This document shows positions 1 through 8,952 of a stretch of 64,000 nt of DNA, piece by piece. The first letter of the stretch is position 1; every line of letters begins with the position of its first letter. Source of the DNA: an uncultured Clostridia bacterium (GTDB lineage: Bacteria; Bacillota; Clostridia; TANB77; CAG-508). The position numbers were made by a program, and so were the translations under genes. The stretch spans positions 2,239 to 66,238 of the forward strand of contig CANQQQ010000002.1 of assembly GCA_947626025.1 (NCBI GenBank), given 5' to 3'. A model generated the notes under the pieces. It saw only the letters and a program-made list of their open reading frames with translations. It made no database searches and was not told the DNA's origin.

Positions 1-2306
1 ATATATTTTTAGCTTCTAGAATATTTTTTAGGCTATTTTCTGTATCTATATAATCTTTATTTTTCATTTTAGTAATCATAAAAATGTAATCTTTATATAA
101 GTCAGGAAATAAATTTTTTATCTCATTTTCGTACTTATTTTTTCTCTCTTTAGATATGTCATTTTTCCAGACATAAAAAATTAGTTCTTTTTTGGTTAAA
201 GCATCATATATGCTTTGAATTGAATTATTATCTAATAATTTTTTTATCATTAATTCACAAATATACTCTATTATATAATTTGATAAATTAATATATGTTA
301 AATCTTTAACCGATATATATTTATATTTTATACATAAATCAATTATTTTTTCGAAAGCATCTCCTTTTCTTCTTTCAAACATTATCTCTTCTCTAAGATC
401 CATATTACTTTTTGAATCTTCTTCTAAAAATCTTTTAACTATTTTAGTATTCAAAATCTCTACGATGGTTTTTCTACCAAATTTGTCTAATATATCAACA
501 TTATTATTTATAAATCTTAGAAAACTTGCGACATCTTTATCAGAGTTTAGTTGCCTTAGTAATTTTTTTATTCTATTTATATTATAATTCTTTATTATAA
601 ATTCTTTTATTAGTGTATCATCCATATAAAAATATATTTCTTCTTTAAATCTATCTTTATAATTCAAAATATATGTATTAATTATATCATCGAGTTTTTC
701 TAGTTTATTTATCATTTTACATTCATGAAGTATTATAGAAAGTAGTCTATTATTTATTATATATAAATCTAATACATTATCTATTTTAGAAATATCCATT
801 ATTTTTACATAGATTGTTAAGAATCTAACCTTAAATCTATTATCATTCATAATTTTTTCTTCATTTATTGTTAAAAAATATTTTAAATTACTTAATTCAA
901 TTAATTCATCTGGAACATAATTGTCTAATATATTATCTATTATTGATAATATATTGTTTATATAAATAGTATAAAATTCATCGATTTTACTATTAAAGTT
1001 AATATTAATAAGTATATTACTACATTCTTCTAATACACTTTTATAATTAATCCTAATGATATTTGAAATATAACTATCGTTATAACTCAAATATTGATAT
1101 AATTTTGTATATTGAAAAATCATTTTCTGACATATTTTTACTATATATTCTTTATCCGCAGTTTCAAAATTAATATTAAATAATAAGTTTAATAAATTGT
1201 CTTGTTTTTCTATATTATTATACACAAATTCTAATATTAACTTCCTATATACTTCAGATTCACATACTATATAAGAAATAGTATTAAACCAAAATGGATC
1301 AATTTCTTTATTTTCATTTATAACTATTTTGTATAGATTACTGTTGGAAAAATTATTTTCAATTATCTCATTTGCAGCCAAAAATTCCAATAACTCCTTA
1401 TTTTCAAATTGTAAAATTTCTCCATCATTTAATAATAATTGATTATTCAAAAAGCTTTCAATTATATCTTTATTCATAATATAGTTTTTTATGTCTAAAT
1501 AGTTTATTCTACTTAAAAATGTAGTAAACTCTTCAATGGTTAAGTTTATTTTCCCAGACATCATCATAACTAAAGCCATTGATTGTAATATTTTTTTATG
1601 AATATTCTTTTCTATTTTTGTATTTGCCCTATTATTCAATGTGTCTAAATGATTGTTGACTATTAAGTTTAATATGTTGTATTTATTAACTTTTTCCAAA
1701 TTATTAATCTGTTCTATATTATCAATTATATAAATTAAAAATCTCGGAATTTTTAAAAGACTTTTAATATCTTCTATATCTGAATTATCTATATTTTTAT
1801 TTTTTAATATTTCCACTACCTTACACTCTTCAATAGGCATTATTTCATATACATTGTTTGTAGTATTCAACATATTATTTTTTTGTAAAAAATCTTTTCT
1901 ACTTGAAACAATAACTTTTTTATTATTAATTTTAAAAATATAATTTATTACTTCTTCTATTATATTTACATTAATTTCGTCTAAACCATCAAAAATAACT
2001 ATTTCATTTTTATCTAAGATTTTCTTTTTTATTTCACTTAATTTACTATATCTTTTTAATTCAAGTAATAATGTTTTTCTTTTTGCTTTGTTAAACCTAC
2101 TATTAATTAAATTTAAGAGATATGTTTTACCTATCCCATTACTTCCTGTTATTATAGATATACCTTTTTTATTTTCTAACATAGAAATAAATTCATCATG
2201 ATTTGCTATTATGTTTTCCTCACTATATTCATATTTATTATTTTCTTCATTATTTAATTGATAATTAATGCCATCTTCAAATAATTTAATAATTTTTTGC
2301 TCAACC
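1..2306 (-). CDS. NACHT-family STAND NTPase, partial. The start codon is at 2306 and the C-terminus runs off the window at position 1 (>768 aa). It is absent from the ORF track because there is no stop codon in the window.
   Basis: My own minus-strand translation gives MEKVEQKII...ISIITGSNGIGKTYLLNL (Walker A, GxxGxGKT), then IVIFDGLDE (Walker B; the DGLDE form is the NACHT hallmark), then KVIVSSRKDF (the NACHT [ST]xR motif). A long Asn/Ile/Leu-rich helical C-terminal region follows for more than 500 aa. There is a strong RBS, aaaaggagaattaaATG. The reading frame stays open to position 1. Confidence 0.7.
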
Positions 2307-2356
2307 TTTTCCATTTAATTCTCCTTTTATATTTACAATTATGTCTTTTTATTTTA

Positions 2357-3352
2357 CTAAGTAATATTATTCTTTATATTCTCTAATTTGTTCCTATCCG
2401 AAAATAGCATGTTAATCATTTTTTTTACTACCATTTCTAGTTCACAGCAAATATGTAATATAACCCAGTTTTTTCTACTATATTCTGAATAATCAAATGA
2501 GAAATTACCATCCATTATTTCACTAGCAAACTCTTCAATCAATTTTTCAAATGATATAAAATCTCCATGTGCTATTTTATTTCTCATTTTTCGTAATTTT
2601 TTAGGTATAATATTTTTTAAATCTTCAGGATATTCATCATCTAAAAAAGTAATTAACTTTTTATCTAATTCATATTCTTTTTCCTTTTCCAAAAACAACT
2701 GGCATAATGAATATAATTTTAAAAAGTGATATTCATTATAATCATTATCTTTGAAAAAGGAATTTATTAGATAATCTAACTGTAAATAATCATTTTTACT
2801 AACGAGAAAATTATCAATTTTTTTCCCCCATAATTTTAGTGAACTAATATATTTTTTTATATTACAAGTGTAATGTAAAAATCCATATGGATTATTAAAA
2901 TGATTATTAGAAGAATATATACAATGTGGTATATTTCCGCTTTCACTTATATTACATATAAAATTTATTATTTTTTCTGCGTAATCATTTTCGCATAATC
3001 TACCATCAAAACAATTTGTTTCCCAGCCTCCTAATGGCATGTCATTATAATTATAATCTAAATATATACAAATCATATTGTCAACGATTTTATGTATCAT
3101 TTTGCAATTACTCATATTTTCCATTTCTGTTGAAAAACATACACTTGAATAGAATTTTTTCACATCGAATGGTGATTTTAAATTATATCTTTTTGAATTC
3201 TGATCAATTGTTTTTTTTGCTAACACCACCTCTTTGTATAACGCATCATTCCAATTATTATTTCTTTCGTTAGGAAGATTGGCTATATATAATCCTAATT
3301 TTTTTGATATACAAATAGGTTTTATTTTTCCATAAATATTTAATACAACCAT
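2357..3352 (-). CDS. Hypothetical 331-aa protein with a C-terminal HEPN-type Rx4HG motif (KLRKMRNKIAHGD). It is a putative RNase effector.
   Basis: The ORF track protein has the motif R-N-K-I-A-H-G in its C-terminal third, matching the HEPN consensus R[NHQ]xxxH seen in Abi-type HEPN proteins. It sits 50 bp upstream of, and on the same strand as, the NACHT NTPase gene. Confidence 0.5.
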   Translation of the reverse strand: MVVLNIYGKIKPICISKKLGLYIANLPNERNNNWNDALYKEVVLAKKTIDQNSKRYNLKSPFDVKKFYSSVCFSTEMENMSNCKMIHKIVDNMICIYLDYNYNDMPLGGWETNCFDGRLCENDYAEKIINFICNISESGNIPHCIYSSNNHFNNPYGFLHYTCNIKKYISSLKLWGKKIDNFLVSKNDYLQLDYLINSFFKDNDYNEYHFLKLYSLCQLFLEKEKEYELDKKLITFLDDEYPEDLKNIIPKKLRKMRNKIAHGDFISFEKLIEEFASEIMDGNFSFDYSEYSRKNWVILHICCELEMVVKKMINMLFSDRNKLENIKNNIT

Positions 3353-3474
3353 TATAACTCCTCGTATATTTTATAAATCATCCAAAAATATTTCTTTAAT
3401 TTGTTATCAAAAAAGCAAAATAATTCTGTAATATATATTACTATTATCTTGCTTTTCTTTTGTTAATTATTTTT

Positions 3475-3675
3475 TTATTGATTGTCTTCTTCTACTTCAC
3501 TTAATTCAATAAAATCTTCTTCTGGACTATTTTTATAAGAACGACTTAAATGATAATGTCCACCATCTACACTGCAAGTCTCACATTTACATGTTACAAA
3601 TTCATGAATACCTTTTGATTCAATAATTTGTCTGCAGTGTTTGCATTGAATTTTATTTGATATTATCTTTTCCAT
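3475..3675 (-). CDS. Small zinc-ribbon protein (66 aa; CxxC ... CxCxxC) with an acidic C-terminal tail.
   Basis: The cysteine pattern is C11/C14 and C29/C31/C34. It lies between the methyltransferase and the HEPN gene on the same strand. Confidence 0.4.
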   Translation of the reverse strand: MEKIISNKIQCKHCRQIIESKGIHEFVTCKCETCSVDGGHYHLSRSYKNSPEEDFIELSEVEEDNQ

Positions 3676-3701
3676 AATTTCATTTCTCCATTTTCATTTT
3701 A

Positions 3702-5966
3702 TTAATACTTATATTCTTCGTTATCTTCTGCAACCATTAAAATATTATCTTCTTCTATTTCTGTACTATATTTTGATTCAGAGATTATCCTATTCCATGC
3801 TATCTTATGTTCAAAATTAATTTCCGTATCTTGTGATAAATTCCTTACATAATTGTTTATAAAAGTATCTGTACTATTAATTAATCTTAAATAATATTTT
3901 AATGTATCAAATACACCATTAACTATAATCTGACATCCATGTTCAGTTCTAATATGTTCAATTAAATTATCTATTTTTATTCTTTCCTCTTCATCGCAAT
4001 GTACTGTACTTAATATATAATATCTTTGAATATTAGTATCTTTAATCTTTTTATATGCATCCATCACCATTATTGAGTCTGGTTTTATATCAAATTTAAC
4101 CTCGACAATTTCATATAGCTCTTTGCTTTTTATATCTCTTACTACTATATCTCCTGTTGCTCCACTACTTCTATCGCAAGATGTATGTGAATTTAATGGT
4201 TCTAGTTCTTTTCCTTCAAATCGTTTTAACTCATTAATTATACACTCATATATACTATATATTGCAATAACTGGTAGTATTGATGCCCCTCTAGATGAAT
4301 ATTTATAATAAAAATGTTTTTTAAGATATTCTAATATATCAATGATATTTAATGTTCCTTCTCTTTTTATTGGATTGATTATTGCTACTGCTTTCTGTTG
4401 TTTGTTTAATAAACATAATTTTATTATAGCTTTAAGATATGTATTTGGATTTGAATTATTTTCTTCAATATCATTTAGGATTTTTAAGAATGCGTCTTTT
4501 ACTTGTTTATTATTTATTTTACCAGGAAAGTCTAATGTAAATGGATATGGTTGTTCTATACTTCTTGTTAACCAACCAGATTCCTTCATTGCACCATAAA
4601 ACTGTTTGGATTTCAAAAATGGAGTTACATATTTGGTATCGAAACTTCTTCCACTATATCCATTTTCTAAACTAATTTTATGATATCTTACATCTTGTTC
4701 TGGATGTAAGCACTTATATGTTATACTAGAAAACAATGCCGTAAAAACTCCTTTTGAAGTTTCTTCTGCATCAGTAATATTTTTTACCCATTTAATTTGC
4801 TCATTATTTAAATCTAATTCACTTATATTTTTTATGTTTTCTGATTCCAAATATATTTTTTCTAAAAACTGAGTTGGATTATTCATTATAACATCTCCTT
4901 CATCAAATAACTGTTTTTTTATTTGTCTAGCTATTTCTTGTATCATATTTACACATACACTATTTCCTATTCTTTCATAAAGTTTAGCTTTAGATCCGAT
5001 TTTTTTAAAATTTTCTGGAAATCCCATAAACCTATAACATTCATTTAATGTCAATTTTCTAACATTAGTTCCATCATATATCCAATATCTTCCACATGTT
5101 TCTTGAGATGCTATTGTAGGATGAATTCCTTCTATTGAATATATTCTATTAGGCTGTTTATGTACTCTTGATAAATTTTCTGTACCTGGCCTCACTCCAA
5201 CTGTTCGCATTTTTTTATTCCTATATCCAGCAAAAATTAGTCCTGACTTTTCTTGCCTTTTAGCTTGTTTTATTATAGTATATTCATTTGGATTAAGATA
5301 TTCAAATTCTCCTGACTTATCTAAAAAGTCTCTCATTGATTCTATTGTTATTTTTTCAATTTTATTAAAATCAAAAAATTTCCCTATTTTGTTTCCGACA
5401 ATTATAATTCTTTCTCTATTTTGAGGTACATTAAAATCCTTTGCATTAAGTACCTTATATTGTACAGTATATCCTAAACTTTGTAATGCTGATATCATTA
5501 CTCTTAAAGTATTTCCTTTATCATGTTTCTCTAAATTTTGAACATTTTCTAATACAAAAACTTTTGGATTTTTATTTTCTAGTATTCTACATATATCAAA
5601 AAATAAAGTTCCTCTTGTATCATCATAAAATCCTTTTTGTTTACCACTTATTGAAAATGCTTGACATGGAAATCCTGCACATAAAACATCAAACTCTGGT
5701 ATAGTATTAACATCTACTTTTGTTATATCACAATATGGATCATCTCCAAAATTTTCTTTATACATATTGCATGCATGTTCATCTATTTCTGAACTAAATA
5801 CGCATTTATAGCCTTCTCGTTCAAAAGCAATTCTAAAACCTCCTATACCAGCAAATAAATCTATAAATCTAATATTTTTATTTTCCATATTATTATTCCT
5901 TTTACTTATAAATACTCTAGTATAATTTATATCATAAAATGACATTTTTCTCAACTTATGCTTCAA
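3702..5966 (-). CDS. DNA (cytosine-5)-methyltransferase with a ~380-aa C-terminal extension carrying a PD-(D/E)xK-like motif. The actual start is probably the ATG at 5888 (MENKNIRF...), which has an AGGAA RBS.
   Basis: The N-terminal half carries the C5-MTase motifs: motif I FAGIGGF, motif IV GFPCQAFS (the catalytic PC) and the ENV motif VLENV. The C-terminal extension contains GDIVVRDIKSKELYEIVEVK, which fits a D...ExK nuclease-like core. Confidence 0.8.
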   Translation of the reverse strand: MKHKLRKMSFYDINYTRVFISKRNNNMENKNIRFIDLFAGIGGFRIAFEREGYKCVFSSEIDEHACNMYKENFGDDPYCDITKVDVNTIPEFDVLCAGFPCQAFSISGKQKGFYDDTRGTLFFDICRILENKNPKVFVLENVQNLEKHDKGNTLRVMISALQSLGYTVQYKVLNAKDFNVPQNRERIIIVGNKIGKFFDFNKIEKITIESMRDFLDKSGEFEYLNPNEYTIIKQAKRQEKSGLIFAGYRNKKMRTVGVRPGTENLSRVHKQPNRIYSIEGIHPTIASQETCGRYWIYDGTNVRKLTLNECYRFMGFPENFKKIGSKAKLYERIGNSVCVNMIQEIARQIKKQLFDEGDVIMNNPTQFLEKIYLESENIKNISELDLNNEQIKWVKNITDAEETSKGVFTALFSSITYKCLHPEQDVRYHKISLENGYSGRSFDTKYVTPFLKSKQFYGAMKESGWLTRSIEQPYPFTLDFPGKINNKQVKDAFLKILNDIEENNSNPNTYLKAIIKLCLLNKQQKAVAIINPIKREGTLNIIDILEYLKKHFYYKYSSRGASILPVIAIYSIYECIINELKRFEGKELEPLNSHTSCDRSSGATGDIVVRDIKSKELYEIVEVKFDIKPDSIMVMDAYKKIKDTNIQRYYILSTVHCDEEERIKIDNLIEHIRTEHGCQIIVNGVFDTLKYYLRLINSTDTFINNYVRNLSQDTEINFEHKIAWNRIISESKYSTEIEEDNILMVAEDNEEYKY

Positions 5967-5977
5967 AATTTTTACAT

Positions 5978-6364
5978 TTAATTTTTATGAAAAAAATTAT
6001 CATAAGGATAACCTGCTTCAATATATAACTCTGTTAACTCCATTTTATATTTTTCTAATAACTCCAAATACTTTTGCTTAAATACATTCTTGCAAATCCA
6101 TTCTACCCCTTCTTTTGAAATTACAACTTTTTTATTAAGTAAGAATTTATATTTTTCTAAACCACTATCACACATTTTCTTAATTGCTTTTCTAATAGTA
6201 ATATCTTTTTTCTTAAAATACTTACACAATTGTTTTATATCCATGTCTTCATTCCACCAGTTCTCCTTATGCTCTATTTTCAATAATTCTTCATATTGCT
6301 TAATTCTATTTTCAAAGAAATCCACATCAGCACCTATCAAAGATTTTTCTTTTTGAAAATACAC
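5978..6364 (-). CDS. Hypothetical 128-aa protein with a GTG start. It ends 11 bp upstream of the methyltransferase gene.
   Basis: It is an open reading frame with a basic helical segment, DIKQLCKYFKKKDITIRKAIKK, that could bind DNA. The sequence upstream of it (6365-6500) has stop codons in all frames. Confidence 0.3.
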   Translation of the reverse strand: MYFQKEKSLIGADVDFFENRIKQYEELLKIEHKENWWNEDMDIKQLCKYFKKKDITIRKAIKKMCDSGLEKYKFLLNKKVVISKEGVEWICKNVFKQKYLELLEKYKMELTELYIEAGYPYDNFFHKN

Positions 6365-6760
6365 TTGATTTAGCTATGCACATGCTTCAACTAAAACAAA
6401 ATATTTTCTACCTCTAATTTTTTCACTTCTCCATCTACAAGTTGGATTTTTTTAGCATCACATCTATAGCTTTTCTTAAATTCATATGCTTCATTTTTTC
6501 CTATGCTTAGTATTTATTCCTAATGAATGAAATCTACTTAGAATTTTATTATATGATAGAAAAATACTATCAAAAAATCGCTACAACTTAGTTTGCTGTA
6601 GCGATATAAAAATGATTTCGATGGTAACACTCGAACTTACGTACACGGCATAAGTTATCTGTAATCGCTCTGCTCAACAGCTAACTTAACCTTCTGGTTA
6701 TGAGATTTTATATTTCACATAGATAAATTTTTTATATATTCTATCTATATATTATCAATA

Positions 6761-7588
6761 TTAACCATTCATCATTGATTTTAAAGTTTTTCCATCTTTA
6801 TTTTTCCATTCTGTTAACCCATTAGCATTCCTACCTAATACCATAGCAGCTGCCGTTGAAGGAGATAAAAATAATGTGTCTTTTGCAAAAATATTGTTTT
6901 TATTTATTATTTTCTCACTTCTTAGGTCATTCCATCTATTTCTCAAGGATTGTGAACTCGCATCTCTAAATTTACTGTTGCTCTGTGAGCCTTTAAATAC
7001 AATAAAGCCATCACTCGTTAGTGCCCCTACTGCTTTTAGTCCTATAGAATTTATGTAATACATTTCATCTAATTGTACTTCTTTTTTTGTTACTATTTTA
7101 CTAAATATTTTGTACCCTAGTGCAGTAGTTATCATTTCGATAATCTCTATTACTTCCTGCATTTCGGAGATTTCTAGTTCTGTTAATGGTGATTCTGTCG
7201 TATTTTTTCTATTTTCAATTCTAAACCTTTTTGCTCCTTTAGCTTTTTTAAATAAATAATTTTCTAAGTATCTTATATTCCCCTTGTTGAAACTATTGTC
7301 ATTTCTTATAAAAATTAAACTCTCATTCCAAAAGTCTTTATCAGATAAATGCTGTATTAATCTTTTATATACATTTTCTGACTCTCCAATATATGCATAT
7401 AGCTCCCCATCTTTCTCTCCAAATAATATATATACTCCTGCATACGCTATGTCTTCTCTATCCTTGCAGTTTTTTACTTTTGTTTTTGGAATCTTATATG
7501 CCAATATGTTAGAATTGCTAAGTTCACATTTTATCCTTCCATCGATTTCACCATCTACTAAAAATAATTTTATATTTTTTTGATACAT
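6761..7588 (-). CDS. GIY-YIG nuclease family protein with a DUF4357-type C-terminal domain.
   Basis: The N-terminus reads GVYILFGEKDGELYAYIGESENVYKRLIQH, a GIY...YIG core. The C-terminus reads FKGSQSNSKFRD...FLSPSTAAAMVLGRNANGLTEWKNKDGKTL, which is typical of DUF4357. Confidence 0.65.
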   Translation of the reverse strand: MYQKNIKLFLVDGEIDGRIKCELSNSNILAYKIPKTKVKNCKDREDIAYAGVYILFGEKDGELYAYIGESENVYKRLIQHLSDKDFWNESLIFIRNDNSFNKGNIRYLENYLFKKAKGAKRFRIENRKNTTESPLTELEISEMQEVIEIIEMITTALGYKIFSKIVTKKEVQLDEMYYINSIGLKAVGALTSDGFIVFKGSQSNSKFRDASSQSLRNRWNDLRSEKIINKNNIFAKDTLFLSPSTAAAMVLGRNANGLTEWKNKDGKTLKSMMNG

Positions 7589-7710
7589 TATATTCTCCTT
7601 ATTTTCCTTTTACTTCTATAAATGTTATTTGTAAGCCTAACTGCTTAATTTTTTTTCTAATTTATTTTTCTTTGATAATTTAAACTGTAATAATTTTACA
7701 TTTACCTCTA

Positions 7711-8091
7711 CTATTCAACATCTATTTTCCATAATCCGTGTTTATTGCAATAAGCATATATTGTTGCTCCTGGAACATATTTGCAATGAGCTATAGCTTC
7801 TTTTCCTGGTTCTAAATATGTTGTTATTTCCTTGTTCCCACTTACTATAGTTATCCATTCTATATAATGTTCTTCTTCCATTACATGATTTACTTTTACA
7901 AATATTTTTCCTTCTTTTACCTCATATGTAGGGACATGTTTCTCTATTGCTGCATCTACTGAATTTGGTATTAATGTTTTCATTTGCTCACCACAACATG
8001 AAATCCCATTTTCATCACATTTACAATTATTTACTACTTTTACTACTGCTCCACATTTTGAGCATTGTTTTACTATAAATTCTTTATTCAT
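7711..8091 (-). CDS. dfx: Desulfoferrodoxin (superoxide reductase, 2Fe type).
   Basis: It is 126 aa. There is an N-terminal desulforedoxin-like CxxC...CC site (CSKCGAVVKV...CKCDENGISCCGEQM) and a C-terminal neelaredoxin domain with His and Cys ligands (HVMEEEH, HCKYVPG...YCNKHG). Confidence 0.85.
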   Translation of the reverse strand: MNKEFIVKQCSKCGAVVKVVNNCKCDENGISCCGEQMKTLIPNSVDAAIEKHVPTYEVKEGKIFVKVNHVMEEEHYIEWITIVSGNKEITTYLEPGKEAIAHCKYVPGATIYAYCNKHGLWKIDVE

Positions 8092-8262
8092 AATTTTACC
8101 TCCATACGTTTTCTGTAATATAATTTATCACATTTATAAGCAATTATCAATAAAATTTCTCGATAACATTATTTTTATTATACATAACATGCCTATTTCC
8201 TTGCTTTTCCTCTTAGATTATGATATAATTTTATTATCAAATGAAAGGAGGATAAGTAAGTT

Positions 8263-8391
8263 ATGCCACGGAAAAACCACAGGAAACATAGACATATTAG
8301 AAATGACAAAAGGAACTGGACAAAACAACTGCTTAACGAATTGAAGGAAGAGCAGAAAGATCAGAAAAAGTGCATAGCACCAAATACTTAA
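8263..8391 (+). CDS. Small basic protein of 42 aa (MPRKNHRKHRHIRNDKRNWTKQLLNELKEEQKDQKKCIAPNT). It is absent from the ORF track.
   Basis: There is a strong RBS (aaaggaggataagtaagttATG), a sigma-A-like promoter upstream (ttgctt ... gatataat) and an intrinsic terminator directly downstream at 8409-8446. Confidence 0.4.
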   Translation: MPRKNHRKHRHIRNDKRNWTKQLLNELKEEQKDQKKCIAPNT

Positions 8392-8408
8392 CTTATACTC
8401 TGTAATTT

Positions 8409-8446
8409 GCCCCATAGCTGTAGCTATGGGGCGTCTTTATGATTTT
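8409..8446 (+). terminator. Rho-independent terminator.
   Basis: A 10-bp perfect stem (gccccatagc / gctatggggc) with loop tgta, followed by a T-rich tail (tctttatgatttttt). Confidence 0.7.
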
Positions 8447-8612
8447 TTACATTATTAGTATTTTTTATCTTTAAGTCTAATATTAGTATAAATAATATAC
8501 TTATGTTTACATTTTGTTGATTTTATGTTATAATATTGCCGTTAGTTACTATTAATTGTTGGAGCTTGATTTCATCCAACACACGCTTCTTTTTAAAGAA
8601 AGGAGAAACATT

Positions 8613-8762
8613 ATGAAACACATTAAAACATTGTCATCGCGTGATTACAAGGAATCAATGAAAAAGGGCGGATGTGGCGAATGCCAAACTTCCTGCCAAT
8701 CAGCTTGCAAGACATCTTGTACAGTTGGGAATCAGCACTGCGAAAATATCGAGAACAAGTAG
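8613..8762 (+). CDS. scfA: SCIFF (six cysteines in forty-five residues) precursor peptide for a radical-SAM-modified RiPP.
   Basis: The 49-aa product MKHIKTLSSRDYKESMKKGGCGECQTSCQSACKTSCTVGNQHCENIENK matches the conserved clostridial SCIFF core GGCGECQTSCQSACKTSC. The RBS is aaaggagaaacattATG. The true start codon is internal to track ORF 8556..8762. Confidence 0.8.
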   Translation: MKHIKTLSSRDYKESMKKGGCGECQTSCQSACKTSCTVGNQHCENIENK

Positions 8763-8952
8763 TTGTGTTGATGCTGAAGGGGACAGGCCTTACGGTCTGC
8801 CCTCTTTTTACATAATGGAAAGTATGACTTTTCTATCATACCAATCCCAAAATATTATCGCCTTTTAAATTTACTCATTTCACTTGTAATTTCAAGTTCT
8901 CAGTAACAAATTAAACAAAAATATTCGATTTTTCTTATTTGTTTTATATATT

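Noticed and set aside
6615-6700. Possible intact minus-strand tRNA.
   Set aside because: It contains a T-arm-like GTTCGAGT element but no acceptor stem or anticodon arm with acceptable pairing. It is treated as a possible remnant only.
8218-8415. A 65-aa minus-strand ORF from the track.
   Set aside because: It overlaps a plus-strand small ORF that has a promoter, a strong RBS and a terminator. The minus-strand frame has no start context and would read through the terminator hairpin.
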